Made by a program: the position numbers and the translations under genes
DNA from: the human T2T-CHM13v2.0 reference genome, Homo sapiens
DNA length: 64,000 bases
Assembly (NCBI RefSeq): GCF_009914755.1
Contig: NC_060933.1
Strand: one strand, 5' to 3'
The notes under the pieces: model-generated
What the model was told of the DNA's origin: nothing
Seen by the model: only the letters and a program-made list of their open reading frames with translations
Databases searched by the model: none
Part shown: positions 1 through 13,794 of the stretch, in pieces
Layout: every line of letters starts with the position of its first letter
Position numbering within the stretch: the first letter of the stretch is position 1

Positions 1-189
1 TCGACTGCCATCGAGTTGATTCCATTCCATTCCATTCCATTCCATTCCATTCCATTCCATTCCATTCCATTCTATTCCATTCCATTGCAATCGAGTTGAA
101 TCCATTGCCTTTCATTCCATTCCATTCCATTCCATTCCAATCCATTCCGGAAGATTCCATTCCATTCCATTCCATTCCATTCCATTCCA

Positions 190-3100
190 TTCCATTCCAT
201 TGCATTCCATTCCGGATGATTCCATTCCATTGCATTCCGTTCCATTACATTCCCTTGCACTCGGGTTGATTCCATTCCATTCCATTCCATTCCATTCGAT
301 TCCATTCCATTCCCCTGCACTCGCGTTGATTCCATTCCATTCCATTCCATTCCATTCCATTCCATTCCATTCCTTTCCATTCCAGTCCTTTCCATTCCAT
401 TCCACTCGGGTTGATTCCATTCTATTAGTTTCCATTCCATTCCATTCCCTTCCATTCCACTCTGGTTGATTCCATTCCTTTCCATTCCACTCGAATACAT
501 TCCCTCCTATTACACTCGGAACGATTCCATTCCATTCCATTCCATTCCATTCCATTCCATTCCATTCCATTCCATTCCATTCCATTTCGTTCCATTCCAT
601 TCTATTCCGTATCATTCCATTCCATTCCATTCCATTCCATTCCACTCGTGTTGATTTCATTCCTTTCCATTCCATTCGGTTTGAAGGCATTCCATTCCAT
701 TCCATTCCATTCCATTCCATTCCATTCCATTCCAGTCCATTCCATTCCATTGTACTCGGGTTGATTCCATTCCATTGCATTCCATTCCATTCCATTCCGT
801 TGCATTCCATTCCATTACATTCGGATTGATTCTATTCAACTCCCTTACTCTCCATTCCATTCCATTCCATTCGGGTTGTTCCATTCCATTCCATTCCATT
901 CCACTCCATTCCATTGCACTCGGATTGATTCCATTCCATTCCATTCCATTCAATTCCATTCCATTCCGGATGATTCCATTCCATTGCATTCTGTTCCATT
1001 ACATTCCCCTGCACTCGGGTTGATTCCATTCCATTCCATTCCATTCCATTCGATTCCATTCCATTCCAATTCTTTCCATTCCATTCTATTCCGTACCATT
1101 CCATTCCATTCCATACAATTCCATTCCATTCCATTCCACTCCGTTCCGTTCCGTTCCGTTCCGTTCCGTTCCGTTCCATTCCATTCCATTCCATTCTATT
1201 CGGTTTAATTCCATTCCATTCCAGTCCATTCCATTCCATTCCATTCTATTCCATTCCATTGCAATCGAGTTGAGTCCATTGCATTCCATTCCATTCCATT
1301 CCATTCCATTCCGGAAGATTCCATTACATTGCATTCCATTCCTTTCCATTCCATTCCATTCCATTCCATTCCATTCCATTCCATTGTACTCGGGTTGATT
1401 CCATTCCATTGCATTCCATTCCATTCCATTCCATTCCATTCCATTCCATTCCATTCCGTTCCATTCCATTCCATTACATTCGGATTGATTCTTTTCAACT
1501 CCCTTACTCTCCATTACATTCCATTCCATTCGGGTTGTTCCATTGAATTCCATTCCATTCCACTCCATTGCATTGCACTCGGGTTGATTCCATTCCATTC
1601 CATTCCATTCCATTCTGGATGATTCCATTCCATTGCATTCCGTTCCATTACATTCCCCTGCACTCGGGTTGATTCCATTCCATTCCATTCCATTCCATTC
1701 GATTCCATTCCATTCCCCTGCACTCGCGTTGATTCCATTCCATTCCATTCCATTCCATTCCATTCCATTCCATTCCTTTCCATTCCAGTCTTTTCCATTC
1801 CATTCCACTCGGGTTGATTCCATTCTATTAGTTTCCATTCCATTCCATTCCCTTCCATTCCACTCTGGTTGATTCCATTCCTTTCCATTCCACTCGAATA
1901 CATTCCCTCTTATTCCACTCGGAACGATTCCATTCCATTCCATTCCATTCCATTTCGTTCCATTCCATTCTATTCCGTATCATTCCATTCCATTCCATTC
2001 CATTCCATTCCATTGTACTCGGGTTGATTCCATTTCATTGCATTCCATTCCATTCCATTCCATTCCATTCCATTCCGTTGCATTCCATTCCATTACATTC
2101 GGATTGATTCTATTCAACTCCCTTACTCTCCATTACATTCCATTCCATTTGGGTTGTTCCATTCCATTCCATTCCATTCCACTCCATTCCATTACACTCG
2201 GGTTGATTCCATTCTATTAATTCCATTCCATTCCATTCCATTCCGGATGATTCCATTCCATTGCATTCCTTTCCATTACATTCCCCTGCACTCGCGTTGA
2301 TTCCATTCCATTCCATTCAATTCCATTCCATTACAATTCGTTACATTCCATTCTATTCCGTACCATTCCATTCCATTCCATTCCATTTTTTCCATTCCAT
2401 TCCGGATGATTCCATTCCATTGCATTCCGTTCCATTACATTCCCCTGCACTCGCGTTGATTCCATTCCATTCCATTCCATTCCATTCAATTCCATTCCAT
2501 TACAATTCGTTCCATTCCATTCTATTCCGTACCATTCCATTCCATTCCATACCATTCCATTCCATTCCATTCCATTCCATTCCATTCCATTCCATTCCGT
2601 TCCATTCCGTTCCATTCCACTCCATTCCATTCTATTCGGGTTAATTCCATTCCATTGCATTCCATTCCATTCCATTCTATTCCATTCCATTGCAATCGAG
2701 TTGAATCAATTGCATTTCATTCCATTCCATTCCATTCCATTCCATACCGGAAGATTCCATTCCATTGCATTCCATTCCATTCCATTACCCCGCACTCGCG
2801 TTGATTCCATTCCATTCCATTCCATCCATTCCATTCCGTTCCGTTCCATTCCATTCCATTCCATTCCGTTCCGTTCCATTCCATTCCATTCCATTCTATT
2901 CGGGTTAATTACATTCCATTCCATTGGATTGCAATCGAGTTGATTCCATTCCATTCCATTCCATTCCATTCCATTCCTTTCCATTCCATTACGGATGATT
3001 CCATTCCATTGCATTCCATTCCATTCCATTCTCCTGTACTCGGGTTGATTCCATTCCATTCCATTCCAATCCATGCCATTCCACTCCTGTTGATTCCATT

Positions 3101-3270
3101 CTTTCCATTCCATTCATGTTGAATCCATTCCATTGCATTCCATTCCATTCGATTCCATTCGATTGCACTCGGGTTGATTCCATTCCATTGCATTGCATTC
3201 CATTCAATTCCATTCCATTTTATTCCATTCCGTTCCATTCCATTCCATTACATTCGGATTGATTCTATTC
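190..3270 (+). repeat. ~3.1-kb segment, copy A of a direct duplication (period ~5.92 kb)
   Basis: Private variants shared with copy B: CCCTTGCAC 252/6183, CCATTTTTTCC 2383/8289, CACTCCTGTTG 3082/9003. Matching ORF-track peptides occur at offsets 5906-5931. Confidence 0.92.
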
Positions 3271-6119
3271 AATTCCCTTACACTCCATTACATTCCATTC
3301 CATTCGGGTAGTTTCCATTCCATTCCATTCCATTCCTCTCCATTCCATTGCACTGGGGTTGATTCCATTCCATTGCATTCCATTCCATTCCATTCAATTC
3401 CATTCAGTTCCATTCCATTCCATTACATTCGGATTGATTCTATTCAACTCCCTTACTCTCCATTACATTCGATTCCATTCGGGTTGTTCCATTCCATTCC
3501 ATTCCATTCCACTCCATTCCATTGCACTCGGGTTGATTCCATTCCATTCCATTCCATTCCATTCCATTCCATTCCATTCCATTCCGGAAGATTCCATTCC
3601 ATTGCATTCCATTCCATTCCATTCCCCTGCACTCGCGTTGATTCCATTCCATTCCATTCCATTCCATTCCATTCCATTCCATTCCTTTCCTTTCCATTCC
3701 ATTCCATTCCATTCCAATCCATTCCATTCCGTTCCGTTCCGTTCCATTCCATTCCATTCCATTCTATTCGGGTTAATTCCATTCCATTCCATTCGATTGC
3801 AAACGAGTTGATTCCATTCCATTCTATTCCATTCCATTCCATTCCTTTCCATTCCATTACGGATGATTCCATTCCATTGCATTCCATTCCATTCCATTCC
3901 CCTGTACTCGGGTTGATTCCATTCCATTCCATTTCAATCCATGCCATTCCACTCGTGTTGATTCCATTCTTTCCATTCCATTCAAGTTGAATCCATTCCA
4001 TTGCATTCCATTCCATTCCATTCCCCTGCAGTCGGGTTGATTCCATTCCATTCCATTCCATTCCATTCCATTCCATTCCATTCCATTCCTTTCCGTTCCG
4101 TTCCATTCCATTCCATTCCATTCTATTCGGGTTAATTCCATTCCATTCCATTCCATTCCATTCCAATCGAGTTGATTCCATTCCATTCCATTCCATTCCA
4201 CTCCATTCCAGTACTTTCCATTCCATTCCACTCGGGTTGATTCCAATGTATTCCTTTCCATTCCATTCCATTCCAATGCAATCGAGTTGATTCCATTGCT
4301 TTGCATTCCATTCCATTCCATTCCATTCCGGATGATTCCATTCCATTGCATTCCATTCCATTCCATTCCCCTGCACTCGGGTTGATTCCATTCCATTCCA
4401 CTCCATTCCGTTCCATTCCATTCCATTCCATTGTATTCGGGTTAATTCCATTCCATTCCATTCCATTCCATTCCATTACAATCGAGTTGATTCCATTCCA
4501 TTCCATTCCATTCCAGTCCTTTCCATTCCATTCCACTCGGGTTGATTCCATTCTATTAGTTTCCATTCCATTCCATTCCCTTCCATTCCACTCTGGTGGA
4601 TACCATTCCTTTCCATTCCACTCGAATACATTCCCTCCTATTCCACTCGGAACGATTCCATTCCATTCCATTCCATTCCATTCCATTCCATTTCGTTCCA
4701 TTCCATTCTATTCCGTATCATTCCATTCCATTCCATTCCATTCCATTCCATTCCATTCCATTGTACTCGGGTTGATTCAATTCCATTGCATTCCATTCCA
4801 TTCCATTCCATTCCATTCCGTTGCATTCCATTCCATTACATTCGGATTGATTCTATTCAACTCCCTTACTCTCCATTACATTCCACTCCATTCGGGTTGT
4901 TCCATTCCATTCCATTCCATTCCACTCCATTCCATTGCACTCGGGTTGATTCCATTCCATTCCATTCCATTCCATTCCATTCCATTCCATTCCATTCCGG
5001 ATGATTCCATTCCATTGCATTCCGTTCCATTACATTCCCCTGCACTCGCGTTGTTTCCATTCCATTCCATTCCATTCCATTCAATTCCATTCCATTACAA
5101 TTCGTTCTATTCCATTCTATTCCGTACCATTCCATTCCATTCCATACCATTCCATTCCATGCCATTCCATTCCATTCCGTTCCATTCCGTTCCATTCCAT
5201 TCCATTCCATTCTATTCGGATTAATTCCATTCCATTCCATTCCATTCCATTCTATTCCATTCCATTGCAATCGAGTTGAATCCATTGCATTTCATTCAAT
5301 CCATTCCATTCCATTCCATTCCGGAAGATTCCATTCCATTGCATTCCATTCCATTCCATTCCCCTGCACTCGCGTTGATTGCATTCCATTCCATTCCATT
5401 CCATTCCATCCGTTCCGTTCCATTCCATTCCATTCCATTCCGTTCCGTTCCATTCCATTCCATTCCATTCTATTCGGGTTAATTGCATTCCATTCCATTC
5501 GATTGAAATCGAGTTGATTCCATTCTATTCCATTCCTTTCCATTCCATTACGGATGATTCCATTCCATTGCATTCCATTCCATTCCATTCCCCTGTACTC
5601 GGGTTGATTCCATTCCATTCCATTCCAATCCATGCCATTTCACTCGTGTTGATTCCATTCTTTCCATTCCATTCAAGTTGAATCCATTCCATTGCATTCC
5701 ATTCCATTCGATTCCATTCGATTGCACTCGGGTTGATTCCATTCCATTGCATTCCATTCCATTCCATTCCATTCCATTCCGTTCCATTCCATTCCTTTAC
5801 ATTCGGATTGATTCTATTCAATTCCCTTACACTCCATTACATTCCATTCCATTCGGGTAGTTTCCATTCCATTCCATTCCATTCCTCTCCATTCCATTGC
5901 ACTCGGGTTGATTCGATTCCATTGCATTCCATTCCATTCCGTTCCATTCCATTCCGTTCCATTCCATTCGATTACATTCGGAGTGATTCTATTCAACTCC
6001 CTTACTCTCCATTACATTCCATTCCATTCGGGTTGTTCCATTCCATTCCATTCCATTCCACTCCATTCCATTTCACTCGTGTTGATTCCATTCCATTCCA
6101 TTCCATTCCATTCCATTCC

Positions 6120-9100
6120 ATTCCATTCCATTGCATTCCATTCCGGATGATTCCATTCCATTGCATTCCGTTCCATTACATTCCCTTGCACTCGGGTTGA
6201 TTCCATTCCATTCCATTCCATTCCATTCGATTCCATTCCATTCCCCTGCACTCGCGTTGATTCCATTCCATTCCATTCCATTCCATTCCATTCCATTCCA
6301 TTCCTTTCCATTCCAGTCCTTTCCATTCCATTCCACTCGGATTGATTCCATTCTATTAGTTTCCATTCCATTCCATTCCCTTCCATTCCACTCTGGTTGA
6401 TTCCATTCCTTTCCATTCCACTCGAATACATTCCCTCCTATTACACTCGGAACGATTCCATTCCATTCCATTCCATTCCATTCCATTCCATTCCATTCCA
6501 TTCCATTCCATTTCGTTCCATTCCATTCTATTCCGTATCATTCCATTCCATTCCATTCCATTCCATTCCACTCGTGTTGATTTCATTCCTTTCCATTCCA
6601 TTCGGTTTGAAGGCATTCCATTCCATTCCATTCCATTCCATTCCATTCCATTCCAGTCCATTCCATTCCATTGTACTCGGGTTGATTCCATTCCATTGCA
6701 TTCCATTCCATTCCATTCCGTTGCATTCCATTCCATTACATTCGGATTGATTCTATTCAACTCCCTTACTCTCCATTCCATTCCATTCCATTCGGGTTGT
6801 TCCATTCCATTCCATTCCATTCCACTCCATTCCATTGCACTCGGATTGATTCCATTCCATTCCATTCCATTCAATTCCATTCCATTCCGGATGATTCCAT
6901 TCCATTGCATTCTGTTCCATTACATTCCCCTGCACTCGGGTTGATTCCATTCCATTCCATTCCATTCCATTCGATTCCATTCCATTCCAATTCTTTCCAT
7001 TCCATTCTATTCCGTACCATTCCATTCCATTCCATACAATTCCATTCCATTCCATTCCACTCCGTTCCGTTCCGTTCCGTTCCGTTCCGTTCCGTTCCAT
7101 TCCATTCCATTCTATTCGGTTTAATTCCATTCCATTCCAGTCCATTCCATTCCATTCCATTCTATTCCATTCCATTGCAATCGAGTTGAGTCCATTGCAT
7201 TCCATTCCATTCCATTCCATTCCATTCCGGAAGATTCCATTACATTGCATTCCATTCCTTTCCATTCCATTCCATTCCATTCCATTCCATTCCATTCCAT
7301 TGTACTCGGGTTGATTCCATTCCATTGCATTCCATTCCATTCCATTCCATTCCATTCCATTCCATTCCGTTCCATTCCATTCCATTACATTCGGATTGAT
7401 TCTTTTCAACTCCCTTACTCTCCATTACATTCCATTCCATTCGGGTTGTTCCATTGAATTCCATTCCATTCCACTCCATTGCATTGCACTCGGGTTGATT
7501 CCATTCCATTCCATTCCATTCCATTCTGGATGATTCCATTCCATTGCATTCCGTTCCATTACATTCCCCTGCACTCGGGTTGATTCCATTCCATTCCATT
7601 CCATTCCATTCGATTCCATTCCATTCCCCTGCACTCGCGTTGATTCCATTCCATTCCATTCCATTCCATTCCATTCCATTCCTTTCCATTCCAGTCTTTT
7701 CCATTCCATTCCACTCGGGTTGATTCCATTCTATTAGTTTCCATTCCATTCCATTCCCTTCCATTCCACTCTGGTTGATTCCATTCCTTTCCATTCCACT
7801 CGAATACATTCCCTCTTATTCCACTCGGAACGATTCCATTCCATTCCATTCCATTCCATTTCGTTCCATTCCATTCTATTCCGTATCATTCCATTCCATT
7901 CCATTCCATTCCATTCCATTGTACTCGGGTTGATTCCATTCCATTGCATTCCATTCCATTCCATTCCATTCCATTCCATTCCGTTGCATTCCATTCCATT
8001 ACATTCGGATTGATTCTATTCAACTCCCTTACTCTCCATTACATTCCATTCCATTTGGGTTGTTCCATTCCATTCCATTCCATTCCACTCCATTCCATTA
8101 CACTCGGGTTGATTCCATTCTATTAATTCCATTCCATTCCATTCCATTCCGGATGATTCCATTCCATTGCATTCCTTTCCATTACATTCCCCTGCACTCG
8201 CGTTGATTCCATTCCATTCCATTCAATTCCATTCCATTACAATTCGTTACATTCCATTCTATTCCGTACCATTCCATTCCATTCCATTCCATTTTTTCCA
8301 TTCCATTCCGGATGATTCCATTCCATTGCATTCCGTTCCATTACATTCCCCTGCACTCGCGTTGATTCCATTCCATTCCATTCCATTCCATTCAATTCCA
8401 TTCCATTACAATTCGTTCCATTCCATTCTATTCCGTACCATTCCATTCCATTCCATACCATTCCATTCCATTCCATTCCATTCCATTCCATTCCATTCCA
8501 TTCCGTTCCGTTCCATTCCGTTCCATTCCATTCCATTCCATTCTATTCGGGTTAATTCCATTCCATTGTATTCCATTCCATTCCATTCTATTCCATTCCA
8601 TTGCAATCGAGTTGAATCAATTGCATTTCATTCCATTCCATTCCATTCCATTCCATACCGGAAGATTCCATTCCATTGCATTCCATTCCATTCCATTACC
8701 CTGCACTCGCGTTGATTCCATTCCATTCCATTCCATCCATTCCATTCCGTTCCGTTCCATTCCATTCCATTCCATTCCGTTCCGTTCCATTCCATTCCAT
8801 TCCATTCTATTCGGGTTAATTACATTCCATTCCATTGGATTGCAATCGAGTTGATTCCATTCCATTCCATTCCATTCCATTCCATTCCATTCCATTCCTT
8901 TCCATTCCATTACGGATGATTCCATTCCATTGCATTCCATTCCATTCCATTCTCCTGTACTCGGGTTGATTCCATTCCATTCCATTCCAATCCATGCCAT
9001 TCCACTCCTGTTGATTCCATTCTTTCCATTCCATTCATGTTGAATCCATTCCATTGCATTCCATTCCATTCGATTCCATTCGATTGCACTCGGGTTGATT

Positions 9101-9190
9101 CCATTCCATTGCATTGCATTCCATTCAATTCCATTCCATTTTATTCCATTCCGTTCCATTCCATTCCATTACATTCGGATTTATTCTATT
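6120..9190 (+). repeat. ~3.1-kb segment, copy B of the direct duplication
   Basis: Near-identical to 190-3270 apart from pentamer count slips and a few substitutions. Confidence 0.92.
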
Positions 9191-11839
9191 CAACTCCCTT
9201 ACTCTCCATTACATTCCATTCCATTCGGGTTTTTCCATTCCATTCCATTCCATTCCACTCCATTCCATTGCACTCGGGTTTATTCCATTCCATTCCATTC
9301 CATTCCGGAAGATTCCATTCCATTGCATTCCATTCCATTCCATTCCCCTGCACTCGCGTTGATTCCATTCCATTCCATTCCATTCCATTCCATTCCATTC
9401 CATTCCATTCCATTCTTTTCCGTTCCATTCCATTCCATTCCATTCCATTCCAATGCATTCCATTCCGTTCCGTTGCGTTCCATTCCATTCCATTCCATTC
9501 TATTCGGGTTAATTCCATTCCATTCCATTCGATTGCAATCGAGTTGATTCCATTCCATTCCATTCCATTCCATTCCTTTCCATTCCATTACGGATGATTC
9601 CATTCCATTGCATTCCATTCCATTCCATTCCCCTGTACTCGGGTTGATTCCATTCCATTCCATTCCAATCCATGCCATTCCACTCGTGTTGATTCCATTC
9701 TTTCCATTCCATTCAAGTTGAATCCATTCCATTGCATTCCATTCCATTCCATTCCCCTGCAGTCGGGTTGTTTCCATTCCATTCCATTCCATTCCATTCC
9801 ATTCCGGATGATTCCATTCCATTGCATTCCGTTCCATTACATTCCCCTGCACTCGCGTTGATTCCATTCCATTCCATTACTTTCCATTCAATTCCATTCC
9901 ATTACAATTCGTTCCAATCCATTCTATTCCGTACCATTCCATTCCATTACATACCATTCCATTCCATTCCATTCCATTCCATTCCATTCCATTCCGTTCC
10001 ATTCCGTTCCATTCCATTCAATTCCATTCTATTCGGGTTAATCCCATTCCATTCCATTCCATTCCATTCTATTCCATTCCATTGCAACCTAGTTGAATCC
10101 ATTGCATTTCATTCCATTCCATTGCATTCCATTCCGGAAGATTCCATTCCATTGCATTCCATTCCATGCCATTCCCCTGCACTCGCGTTGATTCCATTCC
10201 ATTCCATTCCATTCCATTCCATTCCATTCCATTCCATTCCGTTCCGTTCCGTTCCATTCCATTCCATTCCGTTCCGTTCCGTTCCATTCCGTTCCGTTCC
10301 ATTCCATTCCATTCCATTCCATTCCGGTCCGTTCCATTCCATTCCATTCCATTCCATTCCATTCCATTCCTTTCCATTCCATTACGGATGATTCCATTCC
10401 ATTGCATTCCATTCCATTCCATTCCCCTGTACTCGGGTTGATTCCATTCGATTGCATTCCAATCCATGCCCTTCCACTCGTGTTGATTCCATTCTTTCCA
10501 TTCCATTCAAGTTGAATCCATTCCATTGCATTCCATTCCATTCGATTCCATTCGATTGCACTCGGGTTGATTCCATTCCATTGCATTCCATTCCATTCCA
10601 TTCCATTCCATTCCATTCTGTTCCTTTCCATTCTATTACATTCGGATTGATTCTATTCAATTCCCTTACACTCCATTAAGTTCCATTCCATTCGGGTAGT
10701 TTCCATTCCATTCCATTCCATTCCTCTCCATTCCATTGCACTCGGGTTGATTCCATTCCATTGCATTCCATTCCATTCCATTCAACTCCATTCCGTTCCA
10801 CTCCATTCCAATACATTCGGATTGATTCTATTCAACTCCCTTAGTCCCCATTACATTTCATTCCATTCGGGTTGTTCCATTCCATTCCATTCCATTCCAC
10901 TCCATTCCATTGCACTGGGGTTTATTCCATTCCATTCTATTCCATTCCATTCCATTCCATTCCATTCCGGAAGATTCCATTCCATTGCATTCCATTCCAT
11001 TCCATTCCCCTGCACTCGCGTTGATTCCATTCCATTCCATTCCATTCCATTCCATTCCTTTCGTTTCCATTCCATTCCATTCCATTCCATTCCATTCCGT
11101 TCCGTTCCGTTCCGTTCCATTCCATTCCATTCCATTCTATTCGGGTTAATTCCATTCCATTCCATTCGATTGCAATCGAGTCGATTCCATTCCATTCCAT
11201 TCCATTCCATTCCATTCCATTCCTTTCCATTCCATTACGGATGATTCCATTCCATTGCATTCCATTCCATTCCATTCCCCTGTACTCGGGTTGATTCCAT
11301 TCCATTCCATTCCGTTCCATTCCATTCCATTCCATTCCATTCCATTCCATGCCATTCCACTCGGGTTGATTCCATTCCTTTCCATTCCATTCGAGTTGAA
11401 TCCATTCCATTCCATTCTATTCCATTCGATTCCATTCCATTGCTCACGTGTTCATTCCATTCCATTCCATTCCATTCCATTCCATTTCGTTCCATTCCAT
11501 TGTCTTCCGTAGTATTCCATTCCATTCCATTCCACTCCATTCCATGCCATTCCACTCGGGTTTATTCCATTCCTTTCCATTCCATTCGGATTGAATTCAT
11601 TCCATTCCATTCCATTCCATTCCATTCAATTCCATTACATTGCACTCGGGTTGATTCCATTCCATTCCATTCCATTTCAATCCATTCCCTTCCATTCCAT
11701 TTCATTCCATTCCATTCCATTCCATTCCATCCCATTTCATTCCATTCCATTCCATGCCATTCCACTCGGGTTGATTCCATTCCTTTCCATTCCATTCTAG
11801 TTGAACCCATTCCATTCCATTCCATTCCATTCCATTCCG

Positions 11840-11856
11840 TTCCGTTGCACACGGAA
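11840..11856. other. Strand-switch (inversion) breakpoint 1, CATTC to GGAAT
   Basis: Sequence reads TTCCGT-TGCAC-ACGGAA. TTCCGT (11,840-45) and ACGGAA (11,851-56) are reverse complements around a 5-nt spacer. No non-satellite insert. Confidence 0.96.
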
Positions 11857-13794
11857 TGGAATGGAATGGAAACAACCCGAATGGAATGGAATGGAATGGA
11901 GTGTAAGGGAATTGAATACAATCAATCCGAATGTAACGGAATGGAATGGAACGGAATGAAATGGAATGGCATAGAATGGAATGGAATCAACCCGAGCGCA
12001 ATGGAATGGAATGGAATGGAATGGAATGGATTCAACCCGAATGGAATGGAAAGGAATGGAATAAACCCGAGTGAAATGGCATGGAAGGGAATGGAATGGA
12101 ATGGAATGGTACTTAGTAGAATGGAATGGAACGAAATGGAATGGAATGGAATGGAATGGAATGGAATGGACCCGTGAGCAACGGAATGGAATGGAATGGA
12201 ATGGAATGGAAGGGAATGGAATGGGTTCAATTCGAATGGAATGGAAAGGAATGGAATCAACCGGAGTGCAATGGCATGGAATGGAATGGAATGGAATGGA
12301 ATGGAATGGAATGGAATGGATTCAACCCGAATGGAATGGAAAGGAATGGAATAAACCCGAGTGGAATGGCATGGAATGGAGTGGAATGGAATGGAATGGA
12401 ATGGAATGGAATGGAATGGAATGGAATTAAACCTAATAGAATGGAATGGAATGGAATGGAATGGAATGGAAGGGAATGGAATGGAATGGAATGGAATGGA
12501 ATGGAATGGAATTAACACGAATAGAATGGAATGGAATGCAATGGAATGGAATGGAATGGAATCAACTCGATTTCAATGGAATGGAATGGAATGGAATGGA
12601 ATGGAATGGAAGGGAATGGAATGAAATTAACCGGAATAGAATGGAATGGAATGGAATGGAATGGAATGGAATGGAATGGAATGGAATGGAATAGAATGGA
12701 ATCCAACCGAGTGCAGTGGAATGGAATGGAATGGAATGCAATGGAATGGAATCATACGGAATGGAATGGAATGGAATGGAATGAAATGGAATGGAATGCA
12801 ATGGAATGGAATGGAATAAACCCGAGTGGAATGGCATGGAATGGAGTGGAATGGAATTGAATGGAAGGGAATGGTACGGAATAGAATGGAATGGAACGAA
12901 ATGCAATGGAATGGAATGGAATGGAATGGAATGAACCCGTGTGCAATTGAATGGAATCGAATGGAATGGAATGCAATGGAATGGATTCAACTAGAATGGA
13001 ATGGAAAGGAATGGAATCAACCCGAGTGGAATGGCATGGCATGGAATGGAATGGAATGGAATGGAAAGGAATGGTATGGAATAGAATGGAATGGAACGAA
13101 ATGGAATGGAATGGAATGGAATGCAATGGAATGGAATGGAATAGAATGGAATCCACCCGATTGCAGGGGAATGGAATGGAATGGAATGGAATGGAATGGA
13201 ATGGAATGGATTCAACCCGAATGGAATGGAAAGGAATGGAATCAACACGAGTGGATTGGCATGGAATGGAATGGAATGGAATGGAATGGTAGGGAATAGA
13301 ATGGAATGGAACGAAATGGAATGGAATGGAATGGAATGGAATGGAATGGAATGGAATCAACCTGAGTGCAATGGAATGGAGTGGAAGGGAATGTAATGGA
13401 ACGGAAACAACACGAATGGAATGGAATGTAATGGAGTGTAACGGAATTGAATACAATCAATCCGAATGTAATGGAATGGAATGGAACGGAATGGAATGGA
13501 ATGCAATGGAATGGAAAAGAATGGAATGGAATGAAATGGAATGGCAGGGAATGGAATGGAATCAACCCGAGTGCAATGGAATGGAATAGAATGGAATGGA
13601 ATGGAATGGAATGGATTCAACCCGAATGGAAGGGAAAGGAATGGAATAAACCCGAGTGGAATGGCATGGAATGGAATGGAATGGAATGGAATGGTACGGA
13701 ATAGAATGGAATGGAACGAAATGGAATGGAATGGAATGGAATGGAATGGAATGGAATGGAATGGAATGGAATCAACGTGAGTGCAATGGAATGG

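Larger units (their letters stand above)
1..11850 (+). repeat. HSat3 / satellite III array, block 1, CATTC orientation
   Basis: Continuous (CATTC)n with recurrent in-phase interruptions ACTCGGGTTG, AATCGAGTTG, CCGGATGATT, CCCTGCACTCG and TATTCGGGTTAA. ACTCGGGTTG is the classical satellite 3 interspersed decamer. Runs to the left window edge. Confidence 0.97.

Noticed and set aside
11440-12177. Chimeric ORFs crossing the junctions (also 55,403-56,346)
   Set aside because: They are a by-product of the strand switch in stop-free repeats. They mark the breakpoints but are not genes.
11345-12280. Sequencing fold-back chimera as the cause of the strand switches
   Set aside because: The arms are substantially diverged and asymmetric, whereas read fold-backs give near-perfect mirror copies. 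Read-level confirmation is still advisable.
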